Positions 29,764 through 40,070 are shown, counted from the first letter of the stretch. The stretch is 64,000 nt of DNA from Promethearchaeota archaeon (GCA_029838195.1 JALGVJ010000042.1:15224-79223); one strand, 5' to 3'. Translations and numbers: made by a program. The notes: generated from the letters alone by a model not told the origin.

Positions 29764-30000
29764 ATAACAAATTTTTATCCTAAATGTGGTAATAAAGTAG
29801 ATTCTGATGTTAAATTTTATAGTTATTGTAGAACTATCTTAACAAGTAACCAAATACGAGAAGAATTTCCGGTTCACAGAATCGATTTGGTTTCTTTATG
29901 CACTCCTTACTAATCATCTCCCGAGACACAAATCTCTGAAACAAAATTACCGGTGAGATATGCTGACTTTAGAGAGCGATTTATTGCTTTCATTATTGAA
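29764..30000 (+). pseudogene. Decayed zinc-ribbon plus RDD-family gene, 5' fragment
   Basis: FYPKCGNKVDSDVKFYSYCR (degenerate CxxC..CxxCG), in-frame TAA at 29911, then YADFRERFIAFII (RDD start). Confidence 0.75.
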
Positions 30001-30776
30001 ACTGCTTCCTCAGTTTTAAAAGCTAATTCCGCATCATATAAATAATTCCAAGTATGGAAATACCCAGCTTCTCTTCGAGGAAAAATAATCATATTGTAAG
30101 ATTTTTATTGATTTGCCCGTTTTTTCATCTCGCGCTATATATGCGGGATGATCTTCATAAATGCGGTTAGGATTTTGATATCCTTTAACTTATTGTACAG
30201 ATACTAAAACAGTATCCACATTAGAATTATGCGGAGAATTTAAGGCCGTGATTAAACCTGGAGCATATTGTCCCTCTTGAAAGAGTAGGCAATTGCTTCT
30301 TTTTTCAAGAATACCCAGTGCTTTTAAAGATTCATTCGCAAGTTTTAAATTCATTTCAAAAACATCTTGAGGATATGCGTAAAAAAGTTGGCTGTAATGC
30401 AATACGCACATTAATTTCATTTGATTTCTTTCTAATAATTTATTAGTAAGTTCCTCAATCTCTCCATATTCAGAATCCGTGTAAATTTTTAACATCATTT
30501 CAGCTTCACATTCTATTGTAAATTTCCAATTAGGATGCCTATCATAGAGTTTTAATAAATCATAATTTGGCTCTCTGATTATTTTTTCTTCTACCTCTTC
30601 TAATCCTAAACGATAATCGATATTAAAGTGATAAAACAAGGTTGTACATCTTGGAAGTAGACTTGGGAACCCTTTGATGTTTCCAATTACAATTAAATTC
30701 AAAATACTAAAAATAATAAAAGAAATAGCAATTTTATGGTATAAATTCTTCTTTTTTTTCTTTTAGGACTATTCAC
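30001..30776 (-). pseudogene. Truncated GH57/GH38-like glycoside hydrolase or deacetylase fragment
   Basis: FYHFN, WKFTIE, HYSQLF and FQEGQY motifs; in-frame TAA at 30190-30192 with coding continuation; frameshifts near 30085 and 30755. Confidence 0.65.
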
Positions 30777-30860
30777 AACATTATATTAGATCTAAAAAAA
30801 ATTAATATGTTTTCCCCTAATTTAATTTTATCCTTTACTTGCCATCTTGCCAAATAAACT

Positions 30861-31385
30861 TTAAATAATTCCCCAAAATTTAACTTCTTCTTTATATTTT
30901 TCATATTCTTCTCCAAATTTCTCAAGGTTAACTTGTTCTTCCCATTTTGAACTAAAAATGCATAAAATGAAAGAAATGATCATAAAAATGATGGTAAAAT
31001 ATGAGGGAATCCAGATTAATACGCCTATATTGGCAATAGCACATCCGAAATACATGGGATGACGCATGTATTTAAACCATCCTTTTTTAATGACAATCGT
31101 AGTATTTTCCCAATTTTTTCCTTGACCGAACTTTTTCATTATGATAAGTTGGCTGATAAAAATAAAAAATCCAACAGCGATTATCAAGAGACCGAATATT
31201 GTTGTAATACTATTCTGATAAAATTTATTAAAATATTGTCCAATGAATGACCCCGTGAAATAAAAAATCAATGCTAAAGCAGCAGTTATCTCATATTTAA
31301 TCTTCATTTTTATTCCATTAAGTAACCAGTGGAGACAAAATCCCATCATTATTATCCATGCAATAAGCGGAAATAAATCAAACAT
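30861..31385 (-). CDS. Isoprenylcysteine carboxyl methyltransferase/PEMT-family membrane methyltransferase
   Basis: KGWFKYMRHPMYFG and EEQVNLEKFGEEYEKYK motifs, multiple TMs. Confidence 0.88.
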   Translation of the reverse strand: MFDLFPLIAWIIMMGFCLHWLLNGIKMKIKYEITAALALIFYFTGSFIGQYFNKFYQNSITTIFGLLIIAVGFFIFISQLIIMKKFGQGKNWENTTIVIKKGWFKYMRHPMYFGCAIANIGVLIWIPSYFTIIFMIISFILCIFSSKWEEQVNLEKFGEEYEKYKEEVKFWGII

Positions 31386-31445
31386 TTAACATTCTCACCT
31401 CATTTTTTCTTATTTTAAAATTTTTAATTAATATAATTTAAATAG

Positions 31446-31492
31446 TCAGAGCTAAATATTTAAACTTCATCATTCAGATTGAAATATTTAAA
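31446..31492. promoter_or_regulatory. Direct repeat TCAGAnnnAAATATTTAAA (two copies) between the divergent ICMT-like and padR genes
   Basis: Copies at 31446-31464 and 31474-31492, 16 of 19 identical, 28-bp period. Confidence 0.5.
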
Positions 31493-31554
31493 TTAAATGT
31501 TGCATAATTATTAATAAAAAATAGGATGATAGGTAAATTTAAATAAAATATGCC

Positions 31555-32190
31555 ATGGTAAAAAAGAGATTTACACCGCTAAAGACATTTATTTTAGGCG
31601 TTTTTATAACTTATAATAAGGAAATGAGCGGTTATGAATTAATTAAAACTGCTGAAGAATGGCGTTATGATCATTTTATCAATGCTACTAAAGCTTCTTT
31701 TTATTATACACTCAAAAAATTGCAAAAAGAAGGCTATATTAAAGAAAAAGAAATTAAAAAAGAGGGAAATCGTCCCGAACAGACAATTTATACATTAAAT
31801 CCTAAAGGAAGAAAAGAATTCGAAAAACAAATGGAGTATTTTCTTAATAAAGTTGAAGAATTATATTTTGACCTCGATGTAATTACCCCATTTATTCTTC
31901 TTTTCGGTTTTTCTAAAAGTAAGGAATATCTTATTAATGCTTTAAATAAACAAATCAAAACAAGGAAAAAGTATAATCAACATATTAATGAGGGAAAAAG
32001 ATATGTTCAATCCCATGAATTGTATGGTTTGAATCCATTTATGATATTACCCATTCAGCATTTTGAACTCCATAATAATGCCGAAATACAATGGTTAATT
32101 CAATTTCGCGAATTAATAAAAAATATTGATTTTGAAGCAAACATTAAAAAAATAATGAAAAAAAAGTCTAAAGGTGTCATTATTTCTTAA
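31555..32190 (+). CDS. PadR-family transcriptional regulator
   Basis: MSGYEL, ASFYYTLKKLQKEGYI and GNRPEQTIYTLNPKG motifs. Confidence 0.88.
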   Translation: MVKKRFTPLKTFILGVFITYNKEMSGYELIKTAEEWRYDHFINATKASFYYTLKKLQKEGYIKEKEIKKEGNRPEQTIYTLNPKGRKEFEKQMEYFLNKVEELYFDLDVITPFILLFGFSKSKEYLINALNKQIKTRKKYNQHINEGKRYVQSHELYGLNPFMILPIQHFELHNNAEIQWLIQFRELIKNIDFEANIKKIMKKKSKGVIIS

Positions 32191-32255
32191 TAACAAGGCA
32201 ATTTAATTTTCAAAAAGATAACCACTTCAATATTTAAATATTATAATAATAAAAA

Positions 32256-32421
32256 ATATCTTTTAAAGAATCCATAAAAAAAACCGAAAAATTATTTTGT
32301 ATGTGGTGGAAAAATAATATTTCATTCTAATAAAGAGCATTATAAATGCCAAAAATGTAATACTATTATTTCCTCGGAAATATTTAGAAAACCTCTTAAC
32401 TCTAAAAAAAATGCGAAATAG
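32256..32421 (+). pseudogene. Decayed small zinc-ribbon gene
   Basis: KNYFVCGG..YKCQKCN with the first Cys apparently mutated to Tyr; no in-frame start; A8 tract at the 5' end. Confidence 0.45.
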
Positions 32422-32620
32422 AACTTTCCGCTTCTAAAACTTTTGTTTGCAATGCTTGGAGCAACTTATTTATTTTATCTTTTAATGAGAATCTTTATTT
32501 TTTAAAAAATGAGATCTCATAAAGTAGATCATTATTAATTCATTTAAATTTAATTAATGAATCATCTTTAATTGAATTAATCATGTTATTTATTTAAATT
32601 AAACGAGGAGATTTATTAAA

Positions 32621-33292
32621 ATGAGCTATGTTTTAGATACTATTATCGCGATTTCTAGCGGTTGTGTCAGTAATTTAGGGGTTCTTTTTCAAAAAAAAGT
32701 AATTAATGATTATAAAAACAATCCGGAATTTCTAAAAAATTTAATAAAAAGTCCAATTTAGATATTTGGACTCATATTGCAGCTTATCATAGGAGGAGTA
32801 ATTTTGTATATGATTGCTCAAGTATTTTTAAGCCCCACTCCCGTTCCGGGTTTAATGAGCGCCGGATTAATTGTTTTAGTGTTAGGATCAATAAAAATCA
32901 TTAAGGAAAAATTTCGAATAATAGAATTATTAGGTAGCATTCTCATGGGGATCGGTATATTAATGCTTAATTTAAGTAGACTATCCATTGACATGTCAGC
33001 GTACAACATTTTAGAGCTTGATTTTGTAATCAGAATAACGATTTTTACACTTTTAATATTTATCATCATATTCTCGATTCAATATATATCAAAGTATTAT
33101 ATAAAAGGGAGAGGAGTCTGTTTTCCCATAAAATCCGGATTTAGCTACTCCTTAGGTTCTATTTGGATTGGACCTATCATTACTTTTATAACTATTTATG
33201 ATGCATTAAATAATTTCGTAAAATTGCACTGCGTTTTAATTTCCGTGGAGGCATGTTTATATTTTCTAATAAATTTAAAGATTGCCCGTTGA
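32621..33292 (+). pseudogene. DMT/NIPA-like membrane transporter pseudogene
   Basis: GAGGAG then ATG at 32621; NLGVLFQKK..KSPI*IFG with TAG at 32759-32761 where Trp is expected; appears truncated. Confidence 0.75.
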
Positions 33293-33537
33293 AATTCCTT
33301 AAACGTGCTAAAAAAAGTATCATGGGTGACTTTTTTGCGTAAAAACTTCCAAAACCACTCCATTTAAAGTTTTAGCGTAATGCGCACGAGCATTATCCAA
33401 ATCAGTTCTGGTACTTATTAATCAAAAATATTCATTTAACGAATCAAAAAAAAAGTCATAAAAAAATTAAACTTCATTTATGATTTGTAAAAGCTATAAA
33501 GCATTTGGAGGAGATAATTCAAATACTACAAAATATG

Positions 33538-33897
33538 TTAATTTCCCTCTAAAATCATTAAAATATTTTCTTTAATTTCTTCTATATTTTGTATTTTCAA
33601 GGATTTTTTTGAGTTTGAAAGGTCTGATCTCATGGGTTTATTATAAGGTCTATTGTTTTTTTGGAGTAATTCCGTGATAATGAAAAAATTTAGGAGGTCC
33701 TGATTTGAAATTTCTCCGGATTGTTTTTTCTTTCCTAAAAGTTTTAAATTCTTGCCTTGATTCCCCCGTTTTTTTAATCTTAAGAACAAATATAATCCTA
33801 AACCGAGAACTATAATAATTAATGTTCCTACAGGATTTTCCTGATAATAAATGAAAAGTGCAATGAAGAGCATTACATAACAAAAGAATTTATCCAT
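33538..33897 (-). CDS. Hypothetical protein with two N-terminal TMs and a basic cytoplasmic tail
   Basis: 119-aa ORF with AGGTGA upstream. Confidence 0.65.
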   Translation of the reverse strand: MDKFFCYVMLFIALFIYYQENPVGTLIIIVLGLGLYLFLRLKKRGNQGKNLKLLGKKKQSGEISNQDLLNFFIITELLQKNNRPYNKPMRSDLSNSKKSLKIQNIEEIKENILMILEGN

Positions 33898-34303
33898 TTC
33901 TTAGATTTCACCTTTTTTAAAATTTTATTGAGTAAAGGTAAAAAGCCAAATATATTCTTTTTGTATTAGTAGATGTTTGTTTGATTTTTATTTTTAGAAG
34001 CATGTTTAAAATGAACTTTAAAATTCTTTCCATGATAAAAAATAGTTTTAAATATATTTAATAAAAAAACAAAAAATTCACGATAAATCAAAAAATTCAC
34101 GGATAGTACTTTTTTAAATAGCATCCATGATTTTCATGATCGTTAAATCGTTTTCACGATTTAGGAAATGAAAGGGATATTGTTAAAAGATAGATTTAAA
34201 TTCCGAGATCATTATCTCGAAATCCGATTAAAATCAGGTTTATCATGTACTCATCCATTTAGAAACAATTCAAGATAATTTTTAGTTAAAATGGTGGAAA
34301 AAA

Positions 34304-35269
34304 ATGATGGTTAAAAATAATAAAAAAATTATGAATTTCATGATCGATTCTCATTTAGAATGTGATCAATGCGGTTCTAAGAACATAATTGAAACTGAAG
34401 AAGGCTATGCATGTCGTGACTGTGGAATCGTGTTAGCGCTCCAACGAATAAAAAACTATTTACCATTTGATGAGAAACAGCTTCAAAATGCACCTCCAGG
34501 CTCAACTCAAATAGGCTTCAAACAAGAGCGCATGCAGTCTCCTCGAGTGCTACAATTCAATCGAATGGTAAAATTAAATGCAATAAAAAGAAGTGAGGAG
34601 AGAGCAATGAAAATTGCTGAAAAAGAAATCAGCCGGATTCTCGAAGCCTTACAAATCAATTTTGATGAGAGGGAAAAAAGAAATATCCTTGAACACGTGA
34701 TGAGAATAAGACAAAATATAAAAAAAGGTACTAAATATCGTAATTTGGAGAAACTGGTTCCCATTATTTTACACGTGTATTGCAAACTTCATAATATTTC
34801 TATTAATAGTAAAGAGTTATTAGAAATCTCGAACATCACTAAAAATGAATTTACTTCTTTTTTAAGACAAATTCATTATTATTTTCCAAGATATCAATCA
34901 AGAAATCGCCAAAAATATATTGCTCAAAAGATCTTAGAAGTCACCGAACATTTCAAGTTGGGAATGAATTTTTATCATCAAGCTATGAGGTTAATGAAGG
35001 TACTATGGAATTCAATTCAATTTACTAAAGATGATGTGATTGCAGGTATTGTTTGCTCAATTACAGTTCTTTGTAATTATAGAGATTGCGTGAAAGTAAA
35101 ATATATCTGTGATAAATTAAATATTCGCATGAGTACCATTCAAGCCCAAATTAAGAGGAACATCTTTGAAAAAATGAAAATCGACGGATTTACATCCCTC
35201 ATCCAATCTGCAGATCTCTTAAAAAATGTAATGAATGAAGCAGGGTACTTAAACGTTCATAAAAAATAA
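34304..35269 (+). CDS. Divergent transcription initiation factor IIB (TFB) paralogue
   Basis: Zn ribbon CDQCGS..YACRDCGIV, two cyclin-like repeats, C-terminal HTH ICDKLNIRMSTI. Confidence 0.78.
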   Translation: MMVKNNKKIMNFMIDSHLECDQCGSKNIIETEEGYACRDCGIVLALQRIKNYLPFDEKQLQNAPPGSTQIGFKQERMQSPRVLQFNRMVKLNAIKRSEERAMKIAEKEISRILEALQINFDEREKRNILEHVMRIRQNIKKGTKYRNLEKLVPIILHVYCKLHNISINSKELLEISNITKNEFTSFLRQIHYYFPRYQSRNRQKYIAQKILEVTEHFKLGMNFYHQAMRLMKVLWNSIQFTKDDVIAGIVCSITVLCNYRDCVKVKYICDKLNIRMSTIQAQIKRNIFEKMKIDGFTSLIQSADLLKNVMNEAGYLNVHKK

Positions 35270-35352
35270 ATTAATGATTTTTTCATTTATAAATTAAAAA
35301 TATTTTAATGTTTAATTGAAAAAAAAAACCAAAATCATCAAAATATCTTTTT

Positions 35353-35574
35353 TTACTGGTTAATTTCAAAATTGGTAAAATTAGAAGGATGATTATAATT
35401 ATTTTTAATTTTTAATTTTTGTCTTTTCTTTTGAAACTCCGGGCAAATTTGACATGTTTGGACTTTACAAAATAGAGGGTTTTTTGGTAATATACAACTA
35501 TCGTGAAAAGGACAATTTAATATTATATTTTCTATTTCCTTGTTCTCTATATTGCTCATGATTACGCTTACCAT
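35353..35574 (-). CDS. Small Cys-rich protein
   Basis: CPFHDSCILPK..FC..CQICPEF cluster. Confidence 0.6.
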   Translation of the reverse strand: MVSVIMSNIENKEIENIILNCPFHDSCILPKNPLFCKVQTCQICPEFQKKRQKLKIKNNYNHPSNFTNFEINQ

Positions 35575-36075
35575 TTTTGATTCAAGGTTTTATCTATTTC
35601 TTTAAGTGATTGCGCGATAAAAAAGTGAAGAATCTTTATTTTTACATTCATTTTTCGCTCTTAAAATGAATTTAACAATGATTAAATAATATTTTCATTT
35701 AGAATTACGATCATATTGTTTCAATTCTTTATTAAGAGCACAACTCTGAAGATTTATCGTTATTTCAAAATTAAAAAAGAATATAGAATATCTTTAAAAT
35801 AAATTCTTGTTCTTTAAATTTTAAATATCCAATGTTTCTATTAATATGATTCCAATAAGAGGAAGTCCAATGAATACCATCAAAATTCATGAATTCTCGT
35901 GAATTATTAACGCCCAAATTAAAGATTTGTTCATTCATGAAAGAAATTACCTTTCTTTTTATTTAAAGAAAAAATCCTCTTCTCTTTCTATTCTTAATTT
36001 TTTCTTTAAATAGAATGGAGGGATCTAATCTTCAAGAAAAAATTAATTAAAAATACATCAAATAGAGAAATTTAA

Positions 36076-37293
36076 ATGACAATAGAAACCCCCATCGAAA
36101 TTCCTCTCAATGATTTATACTTCAATTATATTGATACTCTTTCGAATAAGTTTCATTACATCACTCCTGATTTAGAGGAGGGAATGTCGCTCCCTTTTGA
36201 ACTAATTAAGCAAGGAGGGAAGCAAAAAATTAATCCCGTGATACAAGCTGCTCGACCAGAACATGCACGGGAAATTGTAAAAATTTATAAAGAGATTTAC
36301 CACGGAACTTATCCTTATAAAGAAATGGAGGATGAATTAGAAGTAAAACACATGATAGAACAAAATGACCATTCTTTTCTCATATTTAAAGATAATAAAG
36401 GTACTATAATGGGATGCTTCACGTTTGTTTTTAATTTTGAGGAGAAACGAGCTTATTTACGGGGCTATAATGTAAGGCCAAAATATCAAAAATATTTTGA
36501 TGTCATAAAGGGATTTCTAGGGTCTTTAATTGGCATACTGTATTTGTATCGAAATAAGATTCTTGTTTGGTATGCTGAGAATCGCACGGCTCATGCTGCG
36601 TCTCAATATTTTTGTCAAGTTGCGGGAGTGAAAAACGTGGCGTTTCTTCCTAATAAAGATATTTTCTTTCGAAAAATAGAGTCTGACATGTTGCATGTGG
36701 GATATAATAAAGACGCATTAACAACCTTTAGATCAAGGGAAATTCCTCAAATTATTCCAAGTATTATTAATTGTTACGCCTTTTCTAATAAAAGATATTC
36801 ATTAGGGAAAGCCGATATTGTCAATCCTAAACTCATTCTTAAAGATCAAGTGATGTGGGAGCTTAAAAGCAAGATCAATGTAAGAATTAAAAAGAAAAAG
36901 TTTAATTATCAGATAATTAAATTTACCCTCTCAAATACGGATAGTTATTTAAAATGTTTATATACACCCATGGTTAAAAATATTGAAAAAATAGAATATA
37001 ACATCGATAAATTGGAAGAATTACATGTATTTCTAACTGAATTAAATAAATTTTGTCGCTTAAAAAATATCCGTTATGCTGAATGCTTGGTTTCTGCTCA
37101 CGAACCTTCTCACCAACAAATTTTTTTAAAAGCAGGTTTTCAACCTCGCGGGTATATTCCTAGCTGGAAATATAATAGTGTAGAGAAAAAATTCACGGAT
37201 CATGTCATGTTTAATTGGTTTGTGCCACCCTTGAGTAAAAATATCCAACTTATTGAGGAGGGATGGGAATTATTGAAATATTTAAATTTATAA
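36076..37293 (+). CDS. Tandem GNAT-fold acetyltransferase-like protein
   Basis: YNVRPKYQ, AENRTAHAASQ and FLKAGFQPRGYIP motifs. Confidence 0.75.
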   Translation: MTIETPIEIPLNDLYFNYIDTLSNKFHYITPDLEEGMSLPFELIKQGGKQKINPVIQAARPEHAREIVKIYKEIYHGTYPYKEMEDELEVKHMIEQNDHSFLIFKDNKGTIMGCFTFVFNFEEKRAYLRGYNVRPKYQKYFDVIKGFLGSLIGILYLYRNKILVWYAENRTAHAASQYFCQVAGVKNVAFLPNKDIFFRKIESDMLHVGYNKDALTTFRSREIPQIIPSIINCYAFSNKRYSLGKADIVNPKLILKDQVMWELKSKINVRIKKKKFNYQIIKFTLSNTDSYLKCLYTPMVKNIEKIEYNIDKLEELHVFLTELNKFCRLKNIRYAECLVSAHEPSHQQIFLKAGFQPRGYIPSWKYNSVEKKFTDHVMFNWFVPPLSKNIQLIEEGWELLKYLNL

Positions 37294-37719
37294 ATGATTT
37301 TTCAAGTAAATCTTTTTAAATTGTATTGGTTATTCTCTTAGTCCTTGATTTTTTACTCTTAATTCTTTTGTTCTCGTTTAGATTAGTTTTATTCCAGAGA
37401 ATTTTTTTGATAATCTCTAAATTCATTCTTATAAATATCGGAACCACCTCTTAAATTGGTTTTATTAAATTTACCATGAATTACTTGTAATTTATCAATA
37501 AAAAGGGCAATATTTTCAGGGAAAAAGTAATGCGCCGAATAAATGAAATGATGAAATTCATTCGTATTGCTTTTTCTACAACTTGTTAAAGGGGAACTTT
37601 TTAATAAGAAGAAAAAAATCGATATCCTTCCATTTAATCCCTACATGTTTTTTCTTTATATAGTTCTAAATTATTTAAATGATAGAATTAGAAAATCAAT
37701 TAACTTTATTAATGCTCTC

Positions 37720-38763
37720 ATGACCAAGTTTCCCATAAAATTATTTAGCAGCTTTTTTTTAATTTCAATCTTATTTCTATTTAATATTTTTCCTTCCGTA
37801 CGAGCGAATTCTAATTATCTCATTAATGACGTGTTCACATTTCAAGAACCTTATCATGAATTAATTCATGGTCTCTCTTTAAATAAAGGAAAAGAATATA
37901 ACATCCATTTTGAAATTGTAAGTCCCCATAATTGCACCATGGCGATAAATCTTGCTGATCCTCAAGGTTCCATTTACGAGCTTTTTAGAATTAGTTTGAA
38001 TTTTCCAAACGGTTTCGGATTTTCGAAAGATTTCTCTCATGTAGCTGCGATGACCGGATTACATTATTTAATTGTAAAAGTTTGGACAGAAGAAAACATT
38101 AATATTCATTTATCCGTTGAAGATCGGGGGGATTTTAAATTCGAGAGCGAATTCACGAATAAAACCGTAGAAACAACAATCGAAAAGGTTCATGATGGAT
38201 ATTCACGCCAATTCACCCGTGATTTCAAAAAGAATTATTTATACGAATTTATCTTTAAAAGGGTTTCGCCCATTCGAGGAGATTTTAATATCTTTGCTAC
38301 AATTGAATTTTGGATTCAAACATCTCCTCCAAACCAAACTCGGTTTGTTCTATTGGCAAATGAAACTCTGCCGGATGTAATGCAGTTAATTTCCACCCAA
38401 TTTGGTACTGCCATCAACGATACATATACTTGTAATTATACCATTCATTCGAATATTGAACCTTTTAATTTAGTTCACGGAATCGTGGAAAAATATTTAA
38501 TCTCAGAAAATGCCGGGAGTGAGTCATCTCTAAAGAACGAAACGGAAGATTCTATTCCGGAAGAAAATGATTCTTCGAGTAATTCATCCTCTACCAATGA
38601 AACGGAACCTTCAACTAATTATTCCGCGAGATTGGGAGATAATTCATCCATTTTTGTTTCTCAGCAACAATTTCTTGGAACCCTTACTGTTGCGGGAGGA
38701 GGAACCTTGATCATCATGGTAATTTTTTATTCATATAAAAAAAAGAACAAGATTACCATTTAA
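37720..38763 (+). CDS. Secreted protein anchored by a C-terminal TM
   Basis: Signal peptide ending VRA from ATG 37720 (the track start at 37567 is probably too long); Ser/Glu/Asn linker, TM, KKKNK tail. Confidence 0.7.
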   Translation: MTKFPIKLFSSFFLISILFLFNIFPSVRANSNYLINDVFTFQEPYHELIHGLSLNKGKEYNIHFEIVSPHNCTMAINLADPQGSIYELFRISLNFPNGFGFSKDFSHVAAMTGLHYLIVKVWTEENINIHLSVEDRGDFKFESEFTNKTVETTIEKVHDGYSRQFTRDFKKNYLYEFIFKRVSPIRGDFNIFATIEFWIQTSPPNQTRFVLLANETLPDVMQLISTQFGTAINDTYTCNYTIHSNIEPFNLVHGIVEKYLISENAGSESSLKNETEDSIPEENDSSSNSSSTNETEPSTNYSARLGDNSSIFVSQQQFLGTLTVAGGGTLIIMVIFYSYKKKNKITI

Positions 38764-39119
38764 AATCGTTTTTTTTAACAAAATTCACTCGCATTCTTAA
38801 AAAATTTGAAATCGGATTTCCGTGTAAAACGTTTTAATTAAAAGTTTTTGTTTAAATAGTTTAATACCGAAGAAATTTTAAACATTTAAAATGTTTAGCC
38901 GCATGAAGAAAAAGAGATTGAATGAGAGTTCTTTTTTGAGCAGCTTGAATATCTCCGAATTATCTTGGCTTTCTCTTTTTAAGAATGATGAGTTAATTTT
39001 TAAAATCTTAACAGAGAAAAAGAAAAAACAAGGTTTAACAACTGAAATAGTTGGTTAAAAAATGAAAATAGCTTGTTGTAATTACAATTTAAAAAACCCA
39101 ATTAATTGAATCACTAATA

Positions 39120-39854
39120 TTGACCATGATTGTAATCGAATGTCAAAAAGAGGTTTCAAGTAGCCAAAAAAATAAAGCAGAGCGAATAAAAATGCTTTTT
39201 ATCAAAATCATCAAGGATTTCACGAGAGAATTTCCCGTTGATCTTCGAAAGAAAATTTTGCTTTATTCTTTGTATAAAGAAATTAAACCGCAGATAAAAC
39301 ATCATTTTACAGCCGGAAAACGCTTTTATAATTTAATTCTTGTATATATTTTAATGCTTTTGAAAAAACAACTTCAATGTTATGTAAATGATACGGATTG
39401 CGAAGAAGAAATTGTACTTGATTGGTTCATTTTACATGAAAATTATTATAAATTTTTTACTCAGCATTTTAAAAGAACCTTAAAAGGAAATTACAGGGAT
39501 TATGTATTAGAAATTGCAAGAAATAATTCATTCAAGAATTTCAGTAGAACAATTAAACTTTTTAACAGCCCCTTACCATTGGATAGATGCAAATTAAAAT
39601 TAAAAACTCTTAAAGAGATCTTGCCTACAACGATATATCTAAAAACTGCGGAAATCCTAACCGATTTAGAATCTAAAGGATATTCATTTAGAGGGAAAAA
39701 TGTATATAGTATATTAGCTGTTACACTATATTTCGTGGCACGTAAAAATAATATGTATATTAGTGAAGCAAAAGCTTGCAACCTCTTTTCCATTTCATCT
39801 AATACGTTCAAAAGACGAAAAAATGAAATAAAACAATATGTATTGCAAATGTAA
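39120..39854 (+). CDS. Protein with a single C-terminal TFIIB/cyclin-like repeat and HTH
   Basis: RGKNVYSILAVTLYFVARKNN..ISEAKACNLFSISSNTFKRRKNEI; no Zn ribbon. Confidence 0.65.
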   Translation: MTMIVIECQKEVSSSQKNKAERIKMLFIKIIKDFTREFPVDLRKKILLYSLYKEIKPQIKHHFTAGKRFYNLILVYILMLLKKQLQCYVNDTDCEEEIVLDWFILHENYYKFFTQHFKRTLKGNYRDYVLEIARNNSFKNFSRTIKLFNSPLPLDRCKLKLKTLKEILPTTIYLKTAEILTDLESKGYSFRGKNVYSILAVTLYFVARKNNMYISEAKACNLFSISSNTFKRRKNEIKQYVLQM

Positions 39855-40050
39855 TGAAAATGCTCAATTCTAATATTTTTATCCTATATTTTTTTAATTA
39901 ATCTCAAGTTCTGAAAAGATTATTATTTTGTCGAACTTATTGATTTTCCAATAATCTCTTTACTTGAATTATAAATAATAAATAACTAATTTTTGTCGTT
40001 TAATTATTAAAAAACAAACATTTAAATTAGTAAATTTCTGATTATAAATT

Positions 40051-40070
40051 AGGGGTTGTAAATCTCCCCT
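40051..40070. promoter_or_regulatory. Inverted repeat AGGGG-N10-CCCCT just downstream of a TATA-like TTATAAAT, upstream of hsp20
   Basis: Seen directly; SD AGGAGGT at 40104-40110. Confidence 0.35.

Noticed and set aside
24833-31385. Prenyltransferase-like gene near an ICMT-like gene as a eukaryote-style CaaX prenylation pathway
   Set aside because: The barrel protein is predicted extracellular and lacks the Zn ligands; remnants separate the genes; ICMT-family genes are common in prokaryotes; neither GTPase here ends in CaaX or CC
32759-32761. In-frame TAG as pyrrolysine readthrough
   Set aside because: It sits where Trp is expected, in a gene with other signs of decay, among pseudogenes
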